Source of the DNA: Candidatus Dormiibacterota bacterium
GTDB taxonomy: Bacteria > Chloroflexota > Dormibacteria > CF-121
Direction of reading: 5' to 3'
DNA length: 64,000 nucleotides
NCBI GenBank assembly: GCA_035716185.1
Contig: DASTJZ010000055.1
Span: forward strand, 13,565 to 77,564
Positions 37,733-47,459 of this stretch are shown one piece after another; the stretch's first letter is position 1, and the number at the start of each line of letters is the position of its first letter. The translations under genes were made by a program, and so were the position numbers. Below the pieces are notes generated by a model, which worked only from the letters and a program-made list of their open reading frames with translations, made no database searches and was not told the DNA's origin.

Positions 37733-38253
37733 GTCCAGCGCTCCTCACCGGACTCAGCCGCACTGGTCGAGGTGTCGACCATGCCGGTGAAGGACATCGA
37801 GCCGGACCCGTCAGGTGACACAGTGATGCTGACGCGAGCGTCGTTCCCGGGCAGGAAGGATGCGTTGTCGACGATCAGGACCGCCACCGCCGCAGAGGGC
37901 TGCGCGTAGGTGCCCGGGCCGTGGTATCCACTCGATGGCTGGTCGGTGGGGACTCCGCCGGTGAGGGTCACGACGTGTCCACCCACTGGAGATGCGTTGC
38001 TCGGCGTCGGCACCACCCACAGCGTGGTCGCCGGGACAGCGCCGCCCACGTAGGCCCGGCACGTCTCGCGGCGTGACGTCAGCGTATCGGTGAACGTCCC
38101 GTGCACGGCGATTTCCCCATGCAGGTCGAGATGTCCCGAGAAGATCCCGTACGCCGGCGTGCCGTCCCCGCCGTTCGCCCCGTTACCTGTCGTCGATGGG
38201 TTGCTATTGCAGCCAACGATCGTCGCGCCGGCGACGGCGATGATAGCGCGCAT
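37720..38253 (-). CDS. secreted lipoprotein, unknown function (paralogue B)
   Basis: Lipobox IVGC. Shares SSGYHGPGTY and PDGSGSMSF with the 37124-37732 gene. Confidence 0.7.
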   Translation of the reverse strand: MRAIIAVAGATIVGCNSNPSTTGNGANGGDGTPAYGIFSGHLDLHGEIAVHGTFTDTLTSRRETCRAYVGGAVPATTLWVVPTPSNASPVGGHVVTLTGGVPTDQPSSGYHGPGTYAQPSAAVAVLIVDNASFLPGNDARVSITVSPDGSGSMSFTGMVDTSTSAAESGEERWTCKG

Positions 38254-38417
38254 CAGGACGGATTGCAGGCTTCCACTCCTCCGGCGTCGCCTCTGGCCTG
38301 AGGCCCGATTCGTTGCCGTCTATACGGCACGATAGTCAAAGCCGGCTGGACCAGGCGGAATTGTTAAATCCAGATTAGACAGGCGCGCTGAGCCGGTCGC
38401 TGGGTAATCTGTGCGGG

Positions 38418-39410
38418 ATGGTCGTCGACCGCGCCATTCACGCCGAGGGCCTGATCAAGAACTATGGCCGCACCCGTGCGCTCGATGGGCTCGATCTCCA
38501 CGTCCACGAAGGAAGTTTGCTCGCGCTCCTCGGTCCGAACGGCGCCGGCAAAACCACCGCAGTGCGGATCTTCACCACGTTGCTCAAGCCCGACGCGGGG
38601 CGCGCCACCGTCGCCGGCTTCGATGTGGTCAAGGATCCGGACCGCATCAAATCCCATATCGGACTGGCTGGGCAATCGGTGGCGATCGATGAGTTCATGA
38701 CCGGCCGCGAGAACCTCGAGATGATCGGGCGGCTCTATCACCTCTCCGGCCACGACGCCAAACGGCGCGCGCTGGAACTCCTGGTGCAATTCGACCTGAC
38801 GGACGCCGCCAACCGAATGGCCAAAACCTATTCAGGCGGGATGCGCCGCCGGCTCGACCTGGCCGGGTCGCTCGTCATGCTTCCGCCGGTCTTATTCCTC
38901 GACGAGCCGACCACCGGGCTCGACCCGCGCGGCCGGCGCCAGCTGTGGGAGATCATCGCCACCCTGGTCAGAGAGGGGACGACCATCCTGCTCACCACCC
39001 AGTACATGGAAGAAGCCGATGAGCTGGCCAACCGAATCGCGGTCGTCGATACCGGCCGGGTGATCGCCGAGGGGACGTCTGACGAACTGAAGAGCCGGCT
39101 CGGCGGCGACCGGATCGAGCTGGCACTCGCCAAAGACGCCGATCTTTCGCAGGCCGCTTCGGTGGCCCGCCGTTACTTATCGGCCGAACCGGCCGTCGAC
39201 CCGAGCCAGCGGTTGATCTCCGGTCCCTCGCGCAACGGGACCAGCGCGCTGGCGGTGCTGGTTCGAGAGCTCGATGCTGCCGGCATCACGGTCGTCGACC
39301 TTCAGCTTCACCGGCCGAGCCTGGACGACGTCTTTCTCACGCTGACCGGGCGCGAAACCGAAAAGGAAAAGGCGGATGAGCGGGACGGCCGCGGAAGGCG
39401 AAGCCGCTGA
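38418..39410 (+). CDS. ABC transporter ATP-binding protein (DrrA-like)
   Basis: Walker A GPNGAGKTT, signature YSGGMRRRLDLA, Walker B LFLDEPTTGLD. Confidence 0.85.
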   Translation: MVVDRAIHAEGLIKNYGRTRALDGLDLHVHEGSLLALLGPNGAGKTTAVRIFTTLLKPDAGRATVAGFDVVKDPDRIKSHIGLAGQSVAIDEFMTGRENLEMIGRLYHLSGHDAKRRALELLVQFDLTDAANRMAKTYSGGMRRRLDLAGSLVMLPPVLFLDEPTTGLDPRGRRQLWEIIATLVREGTTILLTTQYMEEADELANRIAVVDTGRVIAEGTSDELKSRLGGDRIELALAKDADLSQAASVARRYLSAEPAVDPSQRLISGPSRNGTSALAVLVRELDAAGITVVDLQLHRPSLDDVFLTLTGRETEKEKADERDGRGRRSR

Positions 39411-40255
39411 TGGCCGTGGTTGACGTCCCGGCAGCCGCGGGAACCCGTTATGAACCGGTGCGCCGCCCTCCAGTCGTTTGGGCCTTCCTCGACGCCATCG
39501 TCCTGGCCCGCCGCAGCCTGCTCGAGACCATCCGGCTCCCGGAGCTGATTGTCTTCGTCGCCATCCAACCGATCATGTTCGTGCTGCTGTTCCGCTATGT
39601 ATTCGGCGGGGCCATCCATGTCCCCGGTGGCCAGTACGTCAACTTTCTGATGCCCGGCATTTTCGTCCAGACGGTTGCCTTCGGCGGGGTCACCACTGGT
39701 ATCGGTCTTGCCCAGGACATGCAGCGCGGCCTCATCGATCGCTTCCGTTCGCTGCCGATGTCATCGTCCGCGCTGCTCACCGGCCGGACGCTGGCCGACC
39801 TGGGACGCAACCTCTTCACCGTCGTCATCATGCTGATCGTGGGATTTCTCGTCGGCTTCCGGCCGCAGGGAACCGTGCTCGAGTTCCTGCTCGGCATCCT
39901 GGTCTTGATGGGATTCAGCTTCGCCTTCTCCTGGATCTCCGCCTTCATCGGGTTGATGGTGCGGAGCGTCGAGGCCGCCCAGTCGGGTGGGTTCATCTGG
40001 CTGTTTCCGCTGACGTTCGCCTCGAGCGCCTTCGTTCCGGTGGACACGATGCCATCGTGGCTGCAGGGCTTCGCGCGGCACAATCCGGTCTCGGTGCTGG
40101 CCGATGCGCTGCGCGGACTGTTCCACGTCAATCCGGCGCTGACCACGGCGGACACACGCTGGGCGCTCATCCAGTCGGCGCTGTGGATCGCCGGCATTCT
40201 GATCGTCTTCGTCCCCATCTCGGTGATTCGTTTCCGGCGGACGACCGCGCGCTAA
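39410..40255 (+). CDS. ABC-2 type exporter permease (DrrB-like)
   Basis: Six TM segments. ATGA-type coupling to the ATPase. Confidence 0.8.
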   Translation: MAVVDVPAAAGTRYEPVRRPPVVWAFLDAIVLARRSLLETIRLPELIVFVAIQPIMFVLLFRYVFGGAIHVPGGQYVNFLMPGIFVQTVAFGGVTTGIGLAQDMQRGLIDRFRSLPMSSSALLTGRTLADLGRNLFTVVIMLIVGFLVGFRPQGTVLEFLLGILVLMGFSFAFSWISAFIGLMVRSVEAAQSGGFIWLFPLTFASSAFVPVDTMPSWLQGFARHNPVSVLADALRGLFHVNPALTTADTRWALIQSALWIAGILIVFVPISVIRFRRTTAR

Positions 40256-40360
40256 GAGTCCGCCGCAAGCTAGCCGGGCAGGGCCTTGCCGGTGTCACAG
40301 TGCTGTCACAACGTCAAGTTGCCGTTGCCGTACATGTTGCTGAAGTAGGGGTCCGGAGTA

Positions 40361-42826
40361 TTGCCTGAGCCGCATCGCACCTACAAGCTGGCCGAACTGG
40401 TGGCCGCCATCGTCGAGTCATCCGAAGACGCGATCTTCCTGGCCAGTACCGACGGCATCATCGAGAGCTGGAACCCCGGGGCGGTAGGCCTCCTTGGGTA
40501 CGTGGCGGAGGAGGCCATCGGTCGCGATGTGTCGATGCTGCTTCGGCCCGAAAGCCAGGGCCGCCTGGCGCCCTTCCTTCAACAGGTCAGAGAAGGGAAA
40601 GCGCTGCGCGACATCGAGTCGACCTTTCGGCGCAAGGATCAATCCCTCGTAGACGTGCGGCTCTCCGTTTCCCCGCTGGCGGACGCTCACGGCGAGTTCG
40701 TCGCGTTCCTGACCATTTTTCGCGATCTCAGCGAGCGACGACGGCAGGAAGCGGCCCTGCGTGCGAAGGAGACGAGTTATCAGAAGCTCGTCGAGACCGC
40801 CCACGAAGGCATCTGGATGGTCGATGCGGATGACCGCACCACGTTCGTCAATCAGCGCCTGGCCGACCTGCTCGGCTACACCACCGCGGAGATGCTGGGG
40901 CGGTCGCCAGACGACTTCTATTTCACGGATGCCGGGCGCCGCGAGCGAGGGGAACATTGGCAGCGACTCCGGCGTGGGATGGGGTCGAGGCGGGAGATCA
41001 TCTATCGTCGGAAGACCGGTGAACCTCTCTGGGCGCTGATCGCGACGACGCCCGTCATCAATGACCATGGTCAGTTCACCGGCGCCCTCGCCATGGTCAC
41101 GGACATCTCCGCCCGGGTGCAGGCCGAAGAGCGGCTGCGGGCGAGCGAGCGTCTCTTTCGCAGCCTCTTCAGCGAGTCGCCCGCCGGCCAGATCCTTTCG
41201 TCCTCCGATCGCCAGATCATCGCCGTCAACCGTGCCTTTTGCCAGATGACCGGCTACACCGAAGCTGAGATCTTGCAGCAGGGCTGGGCGGCCATCACGC
41301 CCCCCGATGACCGGCTGGACATCTTTGGCACCTTCGAGAGGCTCTGGTCAGGTGAAGTGAACGCGATGCAGATTCAGCGTCGCTATCTGCGCAAAGATGG
41401 CACGGTCCTCTGGGGCCAGGTGAGCGTCGCCCGCGTCGCGGACGACGATGGCAGCGCCCGCTATGTCATCGACCAGGTGCAGGATATCTCCGACAGCAAG
41501 CAGACCCAGGAGAGCCTCGAACACCAGGCACTCCACGACGCGCTGACCGGCCTACCCAACCGGGTGCTGGCTCGGGACCGGCTTGACCAGGCCATCCTGC
41601 TGGCGAAGCGACAGCAGACCAGAGTGGCGTTGATGATCATCGACCTCGATCACTTCAAAGAGGTCAACGACACCTTCGGGCATCAGGCCGGTGATCAGCT
41701 GCTCCGCCAGGTCGGAGAGCGATTCAGCGGTGAGCTGCGGGAGGCCGACACCGTCGCCCGCCTGGGCGGGGACGAGTTCGCCATCCTGTTGCTGGGCACC
41801 GATGCCGATGGGGCTCGCAAGGTCGCCGACAAGCTGCTCGCCACCCTGGAACGCCCCTTCGTGGTGGAAGGCCAGGCGCTCGACGTCGGCGCCAGCATCG
41901 GGATCGCCGTCTACCCCGAGCACGCCGATTCGGCGGACAGCATGCTGCGCCGCTCGGATATTGCGATGTATGTGGCCAAGCGCTCGCGGCGGACGCACGC
42001 CACCTACAGCCGCGACCACGACGAGCCGGGCGACAGCCGGCTGGCGTTGATGGCCCAGCTTCGCCACGCGATCAACGCCGGAGCCCTCACCCTGCACTAC
42101 CAGCCGATCGCCCGCCTTGCGAATGGACGCGTGGAGCGACTCGAGGCACTGGTTCGCTGGCAGCGGCCCGGGCATGGTCTGGTTCCACCCAGTGACTTCA
42201 TCGCCTTTGCCGAACAGACCGGTCTCATCCAACCGTTGACGCAGTGGGTGCTGCTCACCGCGTTGCAGCAGTGCGTGAGCTGGCATACGGCGGGCCAGCC
42301 CCTGGGTGTGTCGGTCAACATCTCGATGCGCAACCTGCTCGACGTGCAGCTCACCGACACGGTGGCGCAAACCCTGAAAGATGTCAGGGCCGAACCGGCA
42401 TGGCTGACCCTCGAAATTACCGAAAGCACGATCATGGCCGAGTCGCAGCGGACCGAGGAGACGCTGCAAAGGCTTCGCAGCCTGGGCGTCCGGCTGTCCA
42501 TCGACGATTTCGGAACCGGCTATTCCTCCCTCGCCTATCTGCATCGCCTGCCGGTGCACGAGATGAAGATCGATAAGTCATTCGTCAGCGGGCTGATCGA
42601 CGACACCACCAGCGGCGCCATCGTGCGCGCCGCCGTCGACCTGGGACACAAGCTTGGCCTCGCGGTGGTCGCCGAGGGGATCGAGGATGGCGCCACCTGG
42701 GAGAAAGCCCGAGAGTACGGCATCGACTTCGGCCAGGGTTACTATCTGGCTCGCCCCGTTCCCGCTGCGGAAGTGCGGCCCTGGCTGACCGCCCCGCCCA
42801 CCGCCCCCGAGCGGCCCGCCGCCTGA
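40361..42826 (+). CDS. PAS/PAC-GGDEF-EAL signalling protein (diguanylate cyclase/phosphodiesterase)
   Basis: Three PAS/PAC repeats. GGDEF motif in LGGDEFAIL. EAL motifs EALVRWQ and DDFGTGYSSL. Confidence 0.85.
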   Translation: MPEPHRTYKLAELVAAIVESSEDAIFLASTDGIIESWNPGAVGLLGYVAEEAIGRDVSMLLRPESQGRLAPFLQQVREGKALRDIESTFRRKDQSLVDVRLSVSPLADAHGEFVAFLTIFRDLSERRRQEAALRAKETSYQKLVETAHEGIWMVDADDRTTFVNQRLADLLGYTTAEMLGRSPDDFYFTDAGRRERGEHWQRLRRGMGSRREIIYRRKTGEPLWALIATTPVINDHGQFTGALAMVTDISARVQAEERLRASERLFRSLFSESPAGQILSSSDRQIIAVNRAFCQMTGYTEAEILQQGWAAITPPDDRLDIFGTFERLWSGEVNAMQIQRRYLRKDGTVLWGQVSVARVADDDGSARYVIDQVQDISDSKQTQESLEHQALHDALTGLPNRVLARDRLDQAILLAKRQQTRVALMIIDLDHFKEVNDTFGHQAGDQLLRQVGERFSGELREADTVARLGGDEFAILLLGTDADGARKVADKLLATLERPFVVEGQALDVGASIGIAVYPEHADSADSMLRRSDIAMYVAKRSRRTHATYSRDHDEPGDSRLALMAQLRHAINAGALTLHYQPIARLANGRVERLEALVRWQRPGHGLVPPSDFIAFAEQTGLIQPLTQWVLLTALQQCVSWHTAGQPLGVSVNISMRNLLDVQLTDTVAQTLKDVRAEPAWLTLEITESTIMAESQRTEETLQRLRSLGVRLSIDDFGTGYSSLAYLHRLPVHEMKIDKSFVSGLIDDTTSGAIVRAAVDLGHKLGLAVVAEGIEDGATWEKAREYGIDFGQGYYLARPVPAAEVRPWLTAPPTAPERPAA

Positions 42827-42856
42827 CCTTGATTGGAGGGCTGTTAGCCCCGTCCG

Positions 42857-43498
42857 CTACAGACGACGACCGCGCGGATAGCCTTCGAGCGGACCGGGAA
42901 ACGCCCGCTCGGCGTCGGCTTCGAGCGCGCGTTCGCGTGAGCGGATAGCGAGAGCGCCCGCGATGATGGCCACAACCCCAGCAACTCCGAAAGCGATCGC
43001 CACCGGGCCGCTCAGGCGCTCGATCTGGCTGCCGAGAATGTACGCCGCGCTGCCCCAGACCGATGCCCACGCAATGCCGCCCGCGGCATTGAAGACGAGG
43101 AAGCGGCGCCATGGCATCCGGGTTGTGCCCGCGAGAAAGGCGGCGTATGCCCGGAGGATCGACACGAATCGTCCGAAGAACACGACCCGCCCTCCGAAAC
43201 GGAGAAACAGGTACCGAGCGACCTTCACCCTGCTCTCCATCAAACGGATGTAGCGGCCGTAGCGGACGAGGAGCCGGTACCCGCCCCAGTGCCCGATCAG
43301 ATAACCGAAGTTATCGCCCAGGATGGCCCCCGCGATCGCCGCCAGGATGACGCCGACGATGCTGAGGCGATGGGTCGCACCGGCGTAGAGCGCGGCGGTG
43401 ATCAGGGTGGTTTCGCCAGGCAGCGGGATTCCCAGTGACTCCAGGCTGACGACAATAAAGACGGCCAGATAACCATAGCGCGCGATCAGATTCGCCAT
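42857..43498 (-). CDS. DedA/SNARE-associated family membrane protein
   Basis: DedA motifs present (…FRFLPG…). Confidence 0.8.
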   Translation of the reverse strand: MANLIARYGYLAVFIVVSLESLGIPLPGETTLITAALYAGATHRLSIVGVILAAIAGAILGDNFGYLIGHWGGYRLLVRYGRYIRLMESRVKVARYLFLRFGGRVVFFGRFVSILRAYAAFLAGTTRMPWRRFLVFNAAGGIAWASVWGSAAYILGSQIERLSGPVAIAFGVAGVVAIIAGALAIRSRERALEADAERAFPGPLEGYPRGRRL

Positions 43499-43546
43499 CT
43501 CCCGATTGTGCCGTTTTAGTCAGTCGTCAGGCTAAAACGCTGGCAA

Positions 43547-44464
43547 ATGGGGTATACAGGAAGCATGCAGCGACGGATCGGCAACGACTTTGGCCTGACG
43601 CTCCGGATGTTTCTCACGCTCTTCTTACTGGCCATCGTCTACCTCATCTTCATCGGGGTTCTGTGGAGGTTTGGGGCCCCTCTGGCCCTCATCATCCCGA
43701 TTGCCATCATCCTGCTGGCCCTGCAGTACTACTACAGCGACCGGCTTATCCTGCTCTCCATCGGCGCCCGCGAAGTCTCCGAGCAGGAAGCCCCACAGCT
43801 CCATCAGATCGTCACCCGGCTGGCCCAGACGACCGGCATCCCCAAGCCCAAAGTGGCAATCATCGACACTCCGGTTCCAAACGCGCTGGCAACCGGACGC
43901 GATCCCAACCACGCACTGGTTGCGGTCACGACCGGAATCATGCAGCAGGTCAACGAGCCGGAGCTGGAGGCGGTCATTGCTCACGAGCTCAGCCACGTCA
44001 TCCACCGCGATATGCGGGTGATGGCGATGGCCAGCTTCTTTGCCACGGTCGCCTCCTTCATCGTCCAGATGGGGCTGTGGGGCGGCTTCTATGGCGGGTA
44101 CGGCCGTCGCGACAGCCGCGACAGCGGCAACGCGTTCATCTTTATCTTTCTCGTCTCGGCCGCCGTTTGGGCCGTCAGCTTCGTCCTGATCCGGACCCTG
44201 TCCCGCTATCGCGAGTATGCAGCTGACCGGGGATCAGCGATCATCACGGGCCAGCCATCGACGCTCGCGTCGGCGCTGGTCAAGATCAGCGGTACCATCC
44301 AGCGCATCCCGGACCGCGACCTGCGCCAGGTGGAGGCCGCCAACTCTCTGATGCTGGCCTCGGTCGCGCACGAAGGCTCGCTCTCAGAGATCTTCTCGAC
44401 CCACCCATCGCTCGAACACCGGCTGGCTCGGCTGAAGGCGATGGAAGCCGAGCTCGCCCGCTAA
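43547..44464 (+). CDS. htpX: M48 zinc metalloprotease HtpX
   Basis: HELSHV HExxH motif, four TM segments, HtpX-like length. Confidence 0.85.
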   Translation: MGYTGSMQRRIGNDFGLTLRMFLTLFLLAIVYLIFIGVLWRFGAPLALIIPIAIILLALQYYYSDRLILLSIGAREVSEQEAPQLHQIVTRLAQTTGIPKPKVAIIDTPVPNALATGRDPNHALVAVTTGIMQQVNEPELEAVIAHELSHVIHRDMRVMAMASFFATVASFIVQMGLWGGFYGGYGRRDSRDSGNAFIFIFLVSAAVWAVSFVLIRTLSRYREYAADRGSAIITGQPSTLASALVKISGTIQRIPDRDLRQVEAANSLMLASVAHEGSLSEIFSTHPSLEHRLARLKAMEAELAR

Positions 44465-44481
44465 ACGGCGCCCCCTCTAAA

Positions 44482-44502
44482 CCCTCCCCACAAGGGGGAG
44501 GG
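44482..44502 (+). promoter_or_regulatory. hairpin CCCTCCCC-ACAAG-GGGGAGGG immediately after the htpX stop; its 3' arm is the RBS of the next gene
   Basis: Read directly in the sequence. The GGGGGAGGGAG arm lies 8-12 nt upstream of the ATG at 44514. No U-tract. Confidence 0.3.
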
Positions 44503-44513
44503 AGAATAACGGC

Positions 44514-45080
44514 ATGGGATTTCTCGACGACCTGATCGGCCGCACCCCCATGCCGAAGGTCCAGGAAGACAAGTTCTTTGCCATTACCACGGCGGTTGTG
44601 ACGCTCGAAGCCGCCGGCGGTGTTGAGCGACCTCGTCGAGCGGGTGTCGTCTTCCGACGACTTCCTCCCGGCCGCTTCACCGAAGCCAGCGACGAGCTGC
44701 ACAAGCTCCTCAACGTCGAAGGGGACAGCGGCGCCTTCACCATCGACGAGAGCACCGATAGCTTCGGCTTCCAATGGTTGATTGTGACCGGGGACGAGTT
44801 CGAGTCGATCGTGGCCGCGCTGCATGGGGTCGCCCAGACGCTCCTCGAGGAGGGCTATGGCGACCTGCTGCTCGCCGCCGCGTTCCGCTTCCAGCAGAAA
44901 GATCGTCCGGTCTACTGGGTCTACGAATACAAGCGAGGGGCCTTTTATCCGTTCATCCCCAGCGGCGGGCACAGCCGTGACAACGCCGAAGAGTTCCGGC
45001 AGGCCTCGCTGGCGGAGAAAGAATTGCCCGTCGAGCAGGACCAGGGCTGCTGGTACCCGCTCTGGGATCTTCCGGTCTGA
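44514..45080 (+). CDS. conserved hypothetical protein (convergent partner of pspA)
   Basis: 188-aa ORF with a strong RBS. No recognisable motif. Confidence 0.6.
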   Translation: MGFLDDLIGRTPMPKVQEDKFFAITTAVVTLEAAGGVERPRRAGVVFRRLPPGRFTEASDELHKLLNVEGDSGAFTIDESTDSFGFQWLIVTGDEFESIVAALHGVAQTLLEEGYGDLLLAAAFRFQQKDRPVYWVYEYKRGAFYPFIPSGGHSRDNAEEFRQASLAEKELPVEQDQGCWYPLWDLPV

Positions 45081-45081
45081 G

Positions 45082-46092
45082 CTAGCCTCCGGCGAAGACC
45101 GGTTCGCCGGCGACCAGGTCCTGTGCCTCCTTCAGGGTCATGTCCTCGGACGGCAACACGACATCCGAGCTCGAGAGGTCCGCCGAAGGAAGTTTCTGCC
45201 CGCTCGAGCGCACCCAGCTCAGCAGCGTGGTCAGGGTTCCCTTGAAACGAGGCTCATCGGCGGCGCGGATCGCCGCCATCAGGTCGGCATCGAACTGATC
45301 GAGCTTCGCCCGATCCGACTGCTGCAGCCGGTACTGGTCCTCCCCGTGAATGCGCACCACGATGGTTCCGGCTGAGAGCTGCCCGGCACTGCCGCCGGCC
45401 AGCTGCTTCTTCATCGCCGCGAGCTGCTGATCAACGGCGCTGTCGACGACGTGGACCTTCAGCTGGCGGTCGATGTCGTCCTCGCTCCCCGGGCCGATCG
45501 TATCCAGCGCACCGCTGTCCATGAGCTGATCGACCGCCGCAGCCCGTGCCTGCATCTGCGCCGTCTTCTCGCGGGCCCGATCCAGCATCAGGTTGACGTC
45601 GGCCATGTGCTCGGAGAGCCCGGTCACCGACTCGCCCACCTGGGTGGAGGCCTTGGCCGCGGTGTATTGCGCCTTCATCGTCTCCCGCTGCGTCCGAAAG
45701 GCTTCGACTTTCGCCTGCAGCTTCGCCGCGGTGTCCTCCAGCTTCTGTTCCTGAGCCTTTAGCTGGTCGATCTGCTGCTGCAGGCCGTCGAGTTGTTCCT
45801 GCGCGGTCTGTGCCCGAGTCAACGCCAATCGCGCCAGGTCCTCACGACCCTGCTGCAGTGCTTCCTGCGCCTGCCCCTGGAGCTTTGCCTGACTCTGTGT
45901 CAGCTCGTTCTGCTGGATCTCGAGCCGTTTCTCGGAGGTCAGCACGTCGGCGACGCCCCGGCGGACCTGTTGCAGCGCTTCGAGCTGCTTCTCATAGGAC
46001 AGATCAAGTGCCTGGTTGGGGTCTTCCGCGCGGTCGAGAACCGCGTTGACGCGCTGTTGGATCACGTCGGACATTCGCTGGATAACACTCAT
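45082..46092 (-). CDS. pspA: PspA/IM30 family protein (phage-shock protein A-like) with C-terminal extension
   Basis: Coiled-coil with a PspA-type N-terminus MSVIQRMSDVIQQRVNAVLDRAEDP. Start at the internal Met (46092). Confidence 0.8.
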   Translation of the reverse strand: MSVIQRMSDVIQQRVNAVLDRAEDPNQALDLSYEKQLEALQQVRRGVADVLTSEKRLEIQQNELTQSQAKLQGQAQEALQQGREDLARLALTRAQTAQEQLDGLQQQIDQLKAQEQKLEDTAAKLQAKVEAFRTQRETMKAQYTAAKASTQVGESVTGLSEHMADVNLMLDRAREKTAQMQARAAAVDQLMDSGALDTIGPGSEDDIDRQLKVHVVDSAVDQQLAAMKKQLAGGSAGQLSAGTIVVRIHGEDQYRLQQSDRAKLDQFDADLMAAIRAADEPRFKGTLTTLLSWVRSSGQKLPSADLSSSDVVLPSEDMTLKEAQDLVAGEPVFAGG

Positions 46093-46189
46093 TGCCTTCC
46101 TGCCTCTTCGAGAATCCTGATCGCCCATTCGCGATTATAGGTCGCCTGTTCGACGTCCCTAGCGAGACCCCAGCGCGCCACGTAGAGTT

Positions 46190-46582
46190 GTGGCAATGAA
46201 ACAGAAACCACGCGTTGATGAGACCTCAGGCGTCTTCCGGCAGGGCGGGTTGTCCTACCTGAACATTCCCGCAAGAGACATCCGCGCATCGGCGGCGTTC
46301 TACACCGGCGTGTTCGGTTGGCGGATGCGGGGTGATCCGGACCGGGGCAGCTTCGAAGATGGTGGTGGGCAGGTCATTGGCCATTTCATGACCGACCAGG
46401 CCGTGGCGGGCGATGCCGGCATCGTGCCTTATGTCTACGTGGAAGGACTTGACGAAACCGTCGGCCGGGTGGCGGCTCACGGCGGCACCGTTGTCAAGCC
46501 CATCTATCCCGAAGGTGACGTGCGGGTGGCGCTCTTCAGGGATCCCGCCGGCAACCTGGTCGGCGCCTGGCAGCGACCGTAA
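46190..46582 (+). CDS. VOC (glyoxalase/bleomycin-resistance) family protein
   Basis: Glyoxalase fold motifs present. Confidence 0.75.
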   Translation: MAMKQKPRVDETSGVFRQGGLSYLNIPARDIRASAAFYTGVFGWRMRGDPDRGSFEDGGGQVIGHFMTDQAVAGDAGIVPYVYVEGLDETVGRVAAHGGTVVKPIYPEGDVRVALFRDPAGNLVGAWQRP

Positions 46583-46631
46583 TGAGTGAGAGGAGCGTGC
46601 CGGGAAAAGGACACGCTCCTCGATCCAAGCG

Positions 46632-47459
46632 TCAGACGACGTCGCGGCTGCGAACCAGAATGCCGGAGAGAATCACAAACCCCAGGGCATAGGCGACCAC
46701 AACCAGAAGCGCGTGCTCGGCGGAGATCAGCGGGGTGGGCCCCCGAAAGCCGCTCTGGAATGACCCGGACAGTGCGCCCGTGTTCTGGCCGACCATGAAC
46801 TTTTCAACGGTGGTCACCCAGCTGAGATGGAACCCACTCAGGGCGCGGAACAGGATGCCCTCGATCGCGAGCATATAGGCGAGGCCCAGACCGATGGCCA
46901 GCGCCGACTGTCGAAATAGATAGGCCATCACCATGCCGAACAGCAGCCACACTTCGAGGATGAGCCAGGTCGCCGCCAGGGCCTTCACGATTTCGGTCAA
47001 CGCTGGCCAGACGATCGCTGCGCCCGCGAGGTTGGCGATCGTAAAGCTGCTCAAGGCGGCCAGTAAGAAGGCTCCGGCGACGATGATCACGCTGATGGCG
47101 CTGACCGCGGCCAGCTGACCGGCCAGCACTTGCAGCCGTCCGGGGCGCTGGGTGTAGACGGTCTTGAACGTGGTCCAGCCGTACTCACTTCCGACCGCCA
47201 GTGCGCCCATAACCAGCATGAGCGCGCCGCCGATGAAGGAGAGCCCGGCAACCATTGTCGCCGCGAAGTTCGCCGGGTAGAGCTGGGCCTTTAGCTGCGC
47301 GAGGGTAGCCCCTGAATCGGGGTGAAAGCTCGGAGAGTTGTACTGGATCCAGGAGAACGTATAGACGAGTGGAACGATCGCCAGGATGAAGGCGCCCAAC
47401 CACCAGATGGCGGGCCGCCGGATGAGTTTGCGCCATTCCGCTTTGAGACTGTTGATCAT
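46632..47459 (-). CDS. ABC-2 type transporter permease
   Basis: Six TM segments. Overlaps the ATPase stop. Confidence 0.8.
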   Translation of the reverse strand: MINSLKAEWRKLIRRPAIWWLGAFILAIVPLVYTFSWIQYNSPSFHPDSGATLAQLKAQLYPANFAATMVAGLSFIGGALMLVMGALAVGSEYGWTTFKTVYTQRPGRLQVLAGQLAAVSAISVIIVAGAFLLAALSSFTIANLAGAAIVWPALTEIVKALAATWLILEVWLLFGMVMAYLFRQSALAIGLGLAYMLAIEGILFRALSGFHLSWVTTVEKFMVGQNTGALSGSFQSGFRGPTPLISAEHALLVVVAYALGFVILSGILVRSRDVV

